From: Planctomycetota bacterium
GTDB taxonomy: Bacteria > Planctomycetota > SZUA-567 > H5-PLA8
DNA length: 64,000 nucleotides
Assembly: GCA_045863855.1 (NCBI GenBank)
Contig: BTVV01000020.1
Coordinates: 1-64,000 of the forward strand
Direction of reading: 5' to 3'
A model generated the notes under the pieces. That model had not been told where the DNA came from. It saw only the letters and a program-made list of their open reading frames with translations, and did no database searches. Of this stretch, positions 34,458-42,864 are shown in pieces. The stretch's first letter is position 1. Every line of letters begins with the position of its first letter. Made by a program: the position numbers and the translations under genes.

Positions 34458-35360
34458 TTATTTGCCGCTGACGGCGTTGGCCGTGGCGCGCACGGTTACA
34501 CGCACCAGCGACTGATAGGCGATCTGGAGATCCTCGCCGCCTTCTTTCCGAAATACGCCCACCACCACCGGCATGATCACCGTGGCGGTCGTGCCCGGCG
34601 CGGGAACGACGGGAAGCAGATCGGCGACGTCGTAGGTTCCGCCGCTGACGGTACAAGTCAAATGGCCCAGGTTCCGGGAAGAGTAGCGCATCCGTGCGCC
34701 GCGGAAGCTCGAATTACTGGCGTCGAACGGAGCGCCGCCCGAAGTGCTGGTGCGCATCGTCCCGCGGATGTCCATGCTGAAGAAGTCCAGGCCGGGCGGG
34801 CCGCCGGGTTCGCCGATCAGCACGCCGTCAAAGAAATCCGCGCCGCCCACACGCGCGAATACGATGTCGCCGGGCCGCAGGTCGAGTTTCTGGTCGTTGG
34901 TGTTGATGCCGTACATGATGAAGCTGAACTTGCTCGCCGGGCGCCCGTCTGTGCGCGCAACGAACCGTGCCCGCGTCGTCAGGGTGCGAATCTCCCGCGG
35001 GCCGACTTCGATCGTCAACGTGTCCGTCGCCGCCAACGCTCCGTCGAAGGCGCGCAACTGGAGCACGTAGGTTCCGGTCTTGTCGAATGTGGCGGTCGTG
35101 TTGACGTCGTCTTGATTGCTGAACGTCACCTTGCCCGGCCCGCTCACGAGGGTCCACTGCACGGACAGCGCGTTCGGCGCCTGATCGGGGTCCTCCGCGC
35201 TGCCCGAAAGAATCGCGGGCGCGGGGAAGATCACGACCTGATCGTCGCCGGCTTCCACCACCGGCGCCTCGTTGCTCCAAGCGCTCCACACACACGCCAT
35301 CGCCAATAAGGCCAAGACCTTAAAGGACGAGAACAAGATTTTGGGACGCGCCATCAACAT
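34458..35360 (-). CDS. Secreted PKD/Ig-like domain protein
   Basis: Signal peptide; NEAPVVEAGDDQ, WTLVSGPGKVTF, GTYVLQL. Confidence 0.75.
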   Translation of the reverse strand: MLMARPKILFSSFKVLALLAMACVWSAWSNEAPVVEAGDDQVVIFPAPAILSGSAEDPDQAPNALSVQWTLVSGPGKVTFSNQDDVNTTATFDKTGTYVLQLRAFDGALAATDTLTIEVGPREIRTLTTRARFVARTDGRPASKFSFIMYGINTNDQKLDLRPGDIVFARVGGADFFDGVLIGEPGGPPGLDFFSMDIRGTMRTSTSGGAPFDASNSSFRGARMRYSSRNLGHLTCTVSGGTYDVADLLPVVPAPGTTATVIMPVVVGVFRKEGGEDLQIAYQSLVRVTVRATANAVSGK

Positions 35361-35394
35361 GGTGCATCCATCGTAGGCGTTGCCCGCGAAAGGG

Positions 35395-36282
35395 TCAAGA
35401 CGTTACCTGCCGGCGATAACGGTGCGGGCTGACGCCCATGCGAGCCCGGAAGGTGCGGTGGAAGTTCGAAGCGTCGCCGAAGCCGCTGCGCGCGGCAATT
35501 TCAAGAACCGGCAGGCCCGTGTTACGCAACAACCCCGCGGCCGTACGGACACGGGCTTCGGCCATCAGTTCGATGAACGACGCGCCGCAGGCCTCTTTTA
35601 TGGCGTGCCCGGCGCGGCTCTCGCTCAAGCTCATGCGTTTGGCCAGATCCGCCAGGCTCACCGGATGCGTATGGCGGTCATGCACAAAGCGCTGGATCAG
35701 CGCGCGGCGGCTGGCCAGGGGATCGGCGCGCGCGACATCGCCGGTCGAGCGGACCCCGTGCGCGGCTTGCTCCTGAGCCCACACGCGCAGGCGCGCGGCG
35801 AGTTGCCGGAGCGCCTCCAGGATCAACGCGGCTTCGTCTTCGCCCACTGGAGCGGGCTGCGGCGCCCGCGCCGGCCACGGACGGCCTTTAAGCGGCGGTC
35901 CGTTGTCGCGCGCCAAAGTCACCAGATCCGAGCCGGGCTTGCGCAGCCCCGCGAAGAGCACCCAGGCCAGCGCCTCGCCTTGAAAAACGGGCGTCACCCA
36001 TTCCACAAAGCCGGCGTGACAGACGTGCACGCGCCCGGCGGGACAGGCCGGAAGATCGCGGCGTAGCTGGCGATGTTCGAAGTCCACGCAGCCGCGGTCG
36101 CGATCGTAAGCTTTGACGGCTTGGCAGAGCGGGTGCGTATGCCGGAAGCGCTCGGGCGGCAAAACCGCCCATAGCGATCCTTGCAAGTCGTGCACCGTCA
36201 CGCGCATCGCGTGCAGCCGCTCGAATGCGGCGATCGCCCGCTCCGGCACGCGAAATACGTCTTCCTGAACCGATTCGGGCAT
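35395..36282 (-). CDS. AraC family regulator with PocR-like sensor domain
   Basis: HPLC..C..VCHAGFVE; C-terminal AraC HTH GFGDASNFHRTF. Confidence 0.9.
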   Translation of the reverse strand: MPESVQEDVFRVPERAIAAFERLHAMRVTVHDLQGSLWAVLPPERFRHTHPLCQAVKAYDRDRGCVDFEHRQLRRDLPACPAGRVHVCHAGFVEWVTPVFQGEALAWVLFAGLRKPGSDLVTLARDNGPPLKGRPWPARAPQPAPVGEDEAALILEALRQLAARLRVWAQEQAAHGVRSTGDVARADPLASRRALIQRFVHDRHTHPVSLADLAKRMSLSESRAGHAIKEACGASFIELMAEARVRTAAGLLRNTGLPVLEIAARSGFGDASNFHRTFRARMGVSPHRYRRQVTS

Positions 36283-36412
36283 GGTGCGTCCCGGCCTCCG
36301 CTTGGACCACTCTAGCCCGTGCAGCGGAAAATGCCATTTTTTTGGCTGCCGCCGCCGCGCCGACGCGGGGGTGTTCGAGGTCTAATGCGCGCATGGACCG
36401 GAGACCGTTCGC

Positions 36413-37258
36413 ATGCAATTCCAAGGCTTGACCGACGAACAACGCACCTGCTTTCAAGAGCACGGATATCTGATCGTGCGCAAGGCGCTGGACGCCGGCA
36501 CGATCGGGCGTCTGCTCGAGGCCGGCGACCGGCTCGTCGCAAGCGACCGCCAGCGCGACCGCCAGAAATCCGGCGACCGCTTCGACGGCTTCCGCAACGT
36601 AATCGCCATCGACGACGCGTATCTGCCGCTCCTGCAGCACCCCGCCACCGTGCCGTTGGTGGTGCAGCTCTTCGGACCGAACATCCAGCTCATGACTTCG
36701 CACCTGATCCACCGTTCGCCCGATGCCCCCGATGCGCCGGTCACCTTCCGCTGCCCCGGCTGGCACCGCGACATCATGAACGTGCCGACCGATCTGGGAC
36801 ATGCGAACATCCCGCGCATGGAAGTGAAGGTCGCGTACTACCTCACCGATCTGAGCGAACCGTGTTCGGGCTCGACGCTCGTCGCGCCGGGCAGCCAAAA
36901 GCTGAAAGAACCGCCGCCCTTCCCCGACGGCGGCGCCGATCCGGTGGGCGCGCTCGAACCGCTTCTCCAGCCCGGCGATGCACTCTTCTTCGAGAACCGC
37001 ACGTGGCATGCGGGCGGCCCGAACCGTTCGGGACGCATCCGCAAAGCCGTGATGTTCGGGTACGGCTACCGCTGGCTGCGGCCCATGGACTACATCGTTC
37101 AGCCCGCGGAACTCCTCGAAAAGGTCAGCGATCCCATCGGCCGGCAGCTTTTAGGCGCGACGGAGGATCCCCTGGGCCGCTTTATCCCCGGCGGCGGCGC
37201 CGAGCCGCTCAAGGAGTGGTGCGCGAAGCACGGGATTACCTACCGCCCGGCCGCTTGA
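36413..37258 (+). CDS. PhyH-family dioxygenase
   Basis: FQEHGYL, GWHRD, PGSQ, GDALFF, WHAGGPN..R. Confidence 0.9.
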   Translation: MQFQGLTDEQRTCFQEHGYLIVRKALDAGTIGRLLEAGDRLVASDRQRDRQKSGDRFDGFRNVIAIDDAYLPLLQHPATVPLVVQLFGPNIQLMTSHLIHRSPDAPDAPVTFRCPGWHRDIMNVPTDLGHANIPRMEVKVAYYLTDLSEPCSGSTLVAPGSQKLKEPPPFPDGGADPVGALEPLLQPGDALFFENRTWHAGGPNRSGRIRKAVMFGYGYRWLRPMDYIVQPAELLEKVSDPIGRQLLGATEDPLGRFIPGGGAEPLKEWCAKHGITYRPAA

Positions 37259-37411
37259 ATGAAGGGCAGCATCCGGCGTCCCAATTCCGTCTTGCACCTG
37301 TCCGGCGGCAGAGCCACAATGGGCTGCCGTCGAGCCGGGAGCGCTTCAATAGGTAGTCGCCGGCCTTGGCCGGAGCTTCCTACTAAAAGCCGCGGAACAG
37401 GGGATGCCGCC

Positions 37412-37795
37412 ATGATGCGTGGACTTTGGATCCTAGGCGTACTGCTGGCGCTGGCCGGATGGACGGCGCACGCCGCCGAAGGCGAAGCGGCCAAAACCGC
37501 CGAAGCACCCAAGAAAGAGCCAAAGGACATGAACGCCGACGAGGCCCAGGCCGCAGGCCTGTGTCCCGTCTGCAAGCAGGAATCGAAACCCGTCTACCGC
37601 GTAGAGCTGGGCGATAAGATTTACAATTTCCATACGCGCGATTGTAAGAAGACCTTCGCCGCGAGCCCCGAGAAATTCGGCGCCAAGCTCTCCGACGCCG
37701 ACAAGGCCAAGCGCGAAGCCAAGAAGACCGCAGCCGGCAAAACCGCCGCCGAAGAGCCCAAGACCGAAGACGACGGGATGATGATGGGCAAGTAA
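37412..37795 (+). CDS. Secreted YHS-like domain protein
   Basis: Signal peptide (AHA); CPVC..YNFHTRDCKKTF..PEKF; C-terminal MMM. Confidence 0.7.
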   Translation: MMRGLWILGVLLALAGWTAHAAEGEAAKTAEAPKKEPKDMNADEAQAAGLCPVCKQESKPVYRVELGDKIYNFHTRDCKKTFAASPEKFGAKLSDADKAKREAKKTAAGKTAAEEPKTEDDGMMMGK

Positions 37796-37821
37796 GCTCG
37801 ATCCGGAAGCAACGAACCTTC

Positions 37822-37841
37822 ACGGGGCCCGCGGGCCCCGT
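37822..37841. terminator. Perfect 20-bp palindrome between convergent genes
   Basis: ACGGGGCCCGCGGGCCCCGT. Confidence 0.55.
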
Positions 37842-37846
37842 TTCTA

Positions 37847-39355
37847 TTACAGCGGCTCCCCGTACGGCTTCTGGCCCGCGGGCACGAACTCGGGGCGCGG
37901 CACCAGTTTGTCCGCGCGGCGCTCGTACCCGCGCTTAAAGATCTCCGCCGCGAGCGTTCCGTCGGCTTCCATGCGCTTACGCAGCGCCGCTTGGTCACGC
38001 TTGGCGCGCGCGTCGATCGATTCCGGCGTCTCGCCGCCCAGCGCTTCCATCAGCCAGGCCTGGCCCTGCGCAAGCAGTTCCTTCGTATGCGGCGCGTCGG
38101 GCAGATCGGCCGCCAGATCGCGCATTTCGTGCGCGTCGTAGGGGATTTCGAAAAGCATCGGGCGCGCATTCGAGCACGCCACGTACTTCACCCGGCCGTC
38201 GGTGACCGCGCAGGCCGCGCCGGGCATCCCGTTGCCGTGAAATTCGGTGTAGACGAAGCGGTTGCGCGCGGCTCCGGCGTCGCCGCGAAGCTGCCCCCAC
38301 AGCGAGATCCCACGTACGCCGGACGGGCGCGCCACGCCTTGCGCCTCGGCGCAGGTCGGGAAGACGTCCAGCAGGGAGACCGGCGAGTGCTCCACGCAGC
38401 CTTCGCGTACGCCCGGCCCGCGTGCGATCAACGGGACGCGGATCGATTCCTGGTACAGGTTCATCTTGCTCCAAATGCGGTGCGCGCCGCAGTTCTCGCC
38501 GTGGTCGGAGGCGTACAGCACCAGCGTTTCTTCGGCCAGCCCGGCCGCGGCCAGTCCCTCCAATACGCGCCCGACATTGCGGTCCATGATCTCCAGATGC
38601 GCGAGGTACGCGGCGAGGTTGCGCCGGATCAGTTCGTCGTCGGCGTAGCGGCCGCAACTGTGATGCGCGAACGAGCGATGGTACGGATGCAGCCGCTCGA
38701 AGCGTTCGTGGAACTCAGCGCCGAGGTGCTCGAGCTTCACGCGCGCGTCCCACTTCTTCCACAGTTCGGGCGGGCACGGCCAACTCGGGTGCGGCATCGT
38801 AAAATTCACGTTCAGCAGCCACGGGCGATCCAGCGGCCGGTCCCTCTGCAGCCACTCGACGGCGCGCTGCGCCATCTTGTAATCGTCGAACTTCTCTTCC
38901 GTCAGGCCCTCGCGCGGACCCGCCGCCCGCGCGTTCTGATGCATCTGCCAGCGCGGCGGCAAGCGCGGCTCGTGGCGGAAAAGCCCGTGAATATCGAGGC
39001 TGCCGCGGTGCTTGGGTAAGATCTCCACCGCCAGACCGTGATCGGCGCCGGGCTGGAAATCGAGCTTCCCGATGCTGGCCAGATGCACGCCCGCATCCTT
39101 GTACGCATGCGGCCACGCGGGCGCCTGGCCCGTCCACGGAAACGCGTTGTCCCACGTGCCCAGTTCGTGCGAATAACGCCCGGTGAACAGCGTCGCGCGC
39201 GCCGGGACGCACAGCGGATGGTTGCAGTACGCGTGCTCGAAGCGCGTCCCCGCGGCGGCCAGCCGGTCGAGCGCCGGCGTCTCCGCCAACGCGTGCCCGT
39301 AGCAGCCTGTATACGCGGCGTTGTGCGAGTCGCTGAAAATGAACAGGATATTCAT
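37847..39355 (-). CDS. Sulfatase (choline-sulfatase-like)
   Basis: NILFIFSD, CVPAR (CxPxR), PHP, SDHGE. Confidence 0.92.
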   Translation of the reverse strand: MNILFIFSDSHNAAYTGCYGHALAETPALDRLAAAGTRFEHAYCNHPLCVPARATLFTGRYSHELGTWDNAFPWTGQAPAWPHAYKDAGVHLASIGKLDFQPGADHGLAVEILPKHRGSLDIHGLFRHEPRLPPRWQMHQNARAAGPREGLTEEKFDDYKMAQRAVEWLQRDRPLDRPWLLNVNFTMPHPSWPCPPELWKKWDARVKLEHLGAEFHERFERLHPYHRSFAHHSCGRYADDELIRRNLAAYLAHLEIMDRNVGRVLEGLAAAGLAEETLVLYASDHGENCGAHRIWSKMNLYQESIRVPLIARGPGVREGCVEHSPVSLLDVFPTCAEAQGVARPSGVRGISLWGQLRGDAGAARNRFVYTEFHGNGMPGAACAVTDGRVKYVACSNARPMLFEIPYDAHEMRDLAADLPDAPHTKELLAQGQAWLMEALGGETPESIDARAKRDQAALRKRMEADGTLAAEIFKRGYERRADKLVPRPEFVPAGQKPYGEPL

Positions 39356-39400
39356 GAGCCCCCCGCGAATAAACGGACGCGCGAACGGACTCATGGATTC

Positions 39401-40732
39401 TCAGGGAACGCTGACCGAAACTTCTCCCAGGAAGACCATGCTCGGGTCGCGGCGCTCGTCGAGATATTGGAGCAGAAACTTGAGCGACGTGGGCGCCGGC
39501 CCGTCGTGCGCGACTTTACCGTTGACGGTGATCTTAAGCGGTTGCTTGAGATTCACCAGCTTCGGCGAAAGGAAGACGCGGAACCGCTTCACGTTCTCGG
39601 CCGCCACCTCGAGCTGATTGGGACCGCTCCACTTGGCGTCCAGCGTGCCCATGGCGACCTTGTGCTTCATCCGCGGCGTGCCGCCCTGGGCCACGCCTTC
39701 CATTTCGAGCTTGGCCGGACCGATCTCGTCGATGGCCAGCCAGCGGTCCGGCGGCGCGGGCAACAGCATGCCGGAGAAGTCCTTGGCGCGCGGGCTCGAG
39801 GTCACGATGCGCTTGGCGTACGGGTCGCGTTTTTTGGTCAGCAGCCACTCGCCCATGGCGGTTTCGGCGCTGGCGGGCGTCGGCGCGTGGCCGCAGTCCA
39901 GCGCCGCAAAGTGGTGGTCGTAGCCCAGTTCCTTCAAGATCGCCGCCGCGTTCTCGGCATTGGGGAAGTCGGTGAAGTTCTTCCCGCGCATGTCCTTTTT
40001 CCCATGCCAGATGTACACGGGCGTATTCAGCATCACCGGCCAGTGGATGCCGTGCCACGCTCCGCCGCCCGGCGCCGTCGCGGCGAATACGTCGGTCATC
40101 CGCGCGCCCAGGTAATAGCTCCCGATGCCGCCCATCGAGTACCCGGTCAGGTAGATGCGGTCCGGATCGATCGCGAACTGCCGAGAGAGGTGCCGGATCA
40201 ACAGTTTCAGCGCTTCTTCGTTCTTGGGATTGCGCCAGTACTTCTGCACGCCCAAGTCCACCGAAGTGGGACAAACCACGATCGCGTCGAGCCTGTTCAT
40301 CCCGACCATGGCGCCGATGTGCTGCTGCCCGCTCCCCGTATTGTTCCCGCCGCCGTGCAGTCCGAAGAACAACGGCCAGAGCCGGTTGGGCGCGTACTTG
40401 CCCGGCACGCTGATCGAGTACTCCACCGGCTTGTCGCTGACCGTGGCGGGCACGTCCAGCTTCAGCCCGTGCTGCAGGCCCGTCTTGGCGGGCGGATACC
40501 CCGCCGGAAGGATCAGCCGTACGAACGCATCGGCACTCTCGGCCGGCGTCGTACCGCACTTTTCAAGCAGCGCCTGCTTCTTTGCCGCATCGGTTTCGGC
40601 AAGATACTGCCGCGCTAAGTTCTGCGCCTCCCCGGCCGAGAGCGGCTTCGGCTCCTCGCCCCCCTGGACTTGGCCGAATAGCACCAAGCCCAGCAGCAGA
40701 CACCGGACAAGCCCAGCAAGTATGCGGTGCAC
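39401..40732 (-). CDS. Secreted alpha/beta hydrolase (esterase-like)
   Basis: LHGGG, IDPDRIYLTGYSMGG nucleophile elbow, WHGKKD. Confidence 0.8.
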   Translation of the reverse strand: MHRILAGLVRCLLLGLVLFGQVQGGEEPKPLSAGEAQNLARQYLAETDAAKKQALLEKCGTTPAESADAFVRLILPAGYPPAKTGLQHGLKLDVPATVSDKPVEYSISVPGKYAPNRLWPLFFGLHGGGNNTGSGQQHIGAMVGMNRLDAIVVCPTSVDLGVQKYWRNPKNEEALKLLIRHLSRQFAIDPDRIYLTGYSMGGIGSYYLGARMTDVFAATAPGGGAWHGIHWPVMLNTPVYIWHGKKDMRGKNFTDFPNAENAAAILKELGYDHHFAALDCGHAPTPASAETAMGEWLLTKKRDPYAKRIVTSSPRAKDFSGMLLPAPPDRWLAIDEIGPAKLEMEGVAQGGTPRMKHKVAMGTLDAKWSGPNQLEVAAENVKRFRVFLSPKLVNLKQPLKITVNGKVAHDGPAPTSLKFLLQYLDERRDPSMVFLGEVSVSVP

Positions 40733-40940
40733 GGGATTTCCTCGCTGAATATTGAAGCCGTACTCGGAACGGATTCCTTATACTGTAACGTCCTGCAAGT
40801 TACAGCTCGATTCTGCCGGCCCCTCCGCGCCGAACGGACCTCGGCTTGCACCGTGGGCGGGAACCTATACAACCACACGCTTCCCCGACAACTCCGGGCG
40901 CCTGTGTCGCGCCGCGGACTTCATAAGGAGCACTCTTTCG

Positions 40941-41963
40941 ATGCGTACCCCCAAGCTTGCCCCGCGCCTGGCTCTGGCGCTGCTCTTGGCCGTCGCCGCG
41001 CTCGCCGTCCGCGCCGAAGACGCGCCTAAGCCTCCGGCCATCATCTCCGTGCCGACGCTGACCCAGGAAGCCGCCGAACAGATCGTCGCCGCCGCCAAAG
41101 CCAAGGCCGCCGCGACCGACAGCCCCATTTACAAGGGCCAGAAAACCAAGATGCACGTCTACGTGCTGGGCCGTGAAGGGACGCTCTTGGCCGGCACCCA
41201 GGCCGTCGGCGCGTGGCCGGGCAGCGCCGATATCGCCATGCGCAAGGCGCGCACGAGCTGGTTCTTCAAGCTCCCCACCCGCACCATCGGCCAACTTTCG
41301 CGCACCGACCAGGAAGCCAAAGCGCCGCTCTACGGCATCGAACACAGCAACGGCGGGCTGATCAGCTTCCCCGGCGGCCTCCCGATCTTCGACGCGGCCG
41401 GCGTGCTCTGCGGCGCCATCGGCGTCAGCGGCGATACGGTGGACTGCGACGAACTCGTCGCGCAGGCCGGCGTCGATAAAGCCAAGGAACTGGGCGCCGC
41501 GGCCATCGCGCAGGTGCCCAGTCTGTCCAGCTACGGCGCGAGCCTGGTCCTGCACGCGGCGCTGAAGAAATGCGCCAGCACCGAAAGCGACGTCTACAAG
41601 GGCCAGAAGGTGAAGATGCACATTTACGTCCTAGGCGCCGAAGGGACGGTCCTCGCCGCCGGACAGCAAGACGATGCGTGGCCAGGCAGCGCCGATATCG
41701 CGCAGCGCAAAGCCCGCACGAGCTGGTGCTTCAAGCTCCCCACCGGCACCATCGGGAGCCTCTCGCGCCTCGACCAGGAAGCCAAGGCGCCGCTGTACGG
41801 CATCGAACACAGCAATACGGGGCTGATCACCTTTCCCGGCGGCCTCCCGATCTTCGACGCCGAAGGGCGCTTCGTCGGCTCCGTGGGCGTCAGCGGCGAC
41901 AGCGTCGGCAAGGACCACGAGGTCGCGCAAGCCGGCGTGGACGGCTTGAAGCCGCAGCCATAA
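40941..41963 (+). CDS. Secreted heme-binding protein with two GlcG/HbpS domains
   Basis: Signal peptide; two copies of KARTS..SN.GLI.FPGGLPI..G.IGVSG; AAGGAG RBS. Confidence 0.88.
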   Translation: MRTPKLAPRLALALLLAVAALAVRAEDAPKPPAIISVPTLTQEAAEQIVAAAKAKAAATDSPIYKGQKTKMHVYVLGREGTLLAGTQAVGAWPGSADIAMRKARTSWFFKLPTRTIGQLSRTDQEAKAPLYGIEHSNGGLISFPGGLPIFDAAGVLCGAIGVSGDTVDCDELVAQAGVDKAKELGAAAIAQVPSLSSYGASLVLHAALKKCASTESDVYKGQKVKMHIYVLGAEGTVLAAGQQDDAWPGSADIAQRKARTSWCFKLPTGTIGSLSRLDQEAKAPLYGIEHSNTGLITFPGGLPIFDAEGRFVGSVGVSGDSVGKDHEVAQAGVDGLKPQP

Positions 41964-41987
41964 ACGCCGAGCTGAAGCAGAAGCACG

Positions 41988-42023
41988 AACCGCCCTCTCT
42001 TTCGAGAGGGCGGTTTCGTTTTT
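41988..42023 (+). terminator. Intrinsic terminator
   Basis: ACCGCCCTCTC-TTTC-GAGAGGGCGGT followed by T-rich tail. Confidence 0.85.
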
Positions 42024-42093
42024 GGCCGCGCCATTGGACCTGAGCGCGGCTTCGTGATACGCCGATGCGGGCAGATTCGGGAGTTCCCGGCAC

Positions 42094-42780
42094 TTGAACC
42101 AACCTCCGATCACGCGCCTTTCCCAGGGCGCCAACGTTGCGCAGCCCGCAGCGCACGCGTATCCGCCCGCGCTGAAGCTCCTAATCGCCGCGGTGTTCCT
42201 CGCGGTGGTGGCCGACGGCCTGTACTACGGTTCCCTGCATGCGCGCGCTTTCGAGCAGGGCGCAAAGGAACCGTCATCCGAGGCTGCGTATCTGTTGCAC
42301 GGGCGCGGGCGGGATGCGGTGTACATCGATGGGCAGACGTGGCGCACGCTGAATGTGCTCGAGTACGGCTTGCTGGCCGGCGTCCCGCTGTGCTTTGTGC
42401 TCGGCTTCGGCGGACCGGTGCTGTGGCGCATCGGCGGCTGGATCGCCCTTACGCTCCCGCTGGTCGCGCGCCGGCGTTGCCCGCGCTGCCGCGAAGGCGA
42501 CGTCTACGCCACGTGGCAGGCGATCCACGCCCGCTGCCCGGTCTGCAAACTCGATTACCAGCCGCACGCGGGCTATTTCACCGGAGCGATGTACTTCAAC
42601 TATTTCCTGATGATCGGAAGCTTCCTGCCCACCGCGCTGGTGCTCTTTTGGGCCTTCGATGCGAGCATCCCCGCCTACATCGGCGCCGCGTTGCTCCAGA
42701 CGCTGCTCCTGGCCCCCGTCCTGGTGCCTTTCTCGCGCGTCATGTGGCTGCACTTCCATTTCTTGCTCTCGCCGCGTTGA
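42094..42780 (+). CDS. Membrane protein with DUF983-like zinc ribbon
   Basis: RCPRCREG..CPVC..GYFTGAMY followed by two TMs; start uncertain. Confidence 0.7.
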   Translation: MNQPPITRLSQGANVAQPAAHAYPPALKLLIAAVFLAVVADGLYYGSLHARAFEQGAKEPSSEAAYLLHGRGRDAVYIDGQTWRTLNVLEYGLLAGVPLCFVLGFGGPVLWRIGGWIALTLPLVARRRCPRCREGDVYATWQAIHARCPVCKLDYQPHAGYFTGAMYFNYFLMIGSFLPTALVLFWAFDASIPAYIGAALLQTLLLAPVLVPFSRVMWLHFHFLLSPR

Positions 42781-42864
42781 TCCGGCTAAGGCTTGGGTCC
42801 GAGCCGCGTCTGTGTTAGGCTGGATGTTTCGCGGACTTCGCATGGTGCGGTACGGGGAGCTTCG

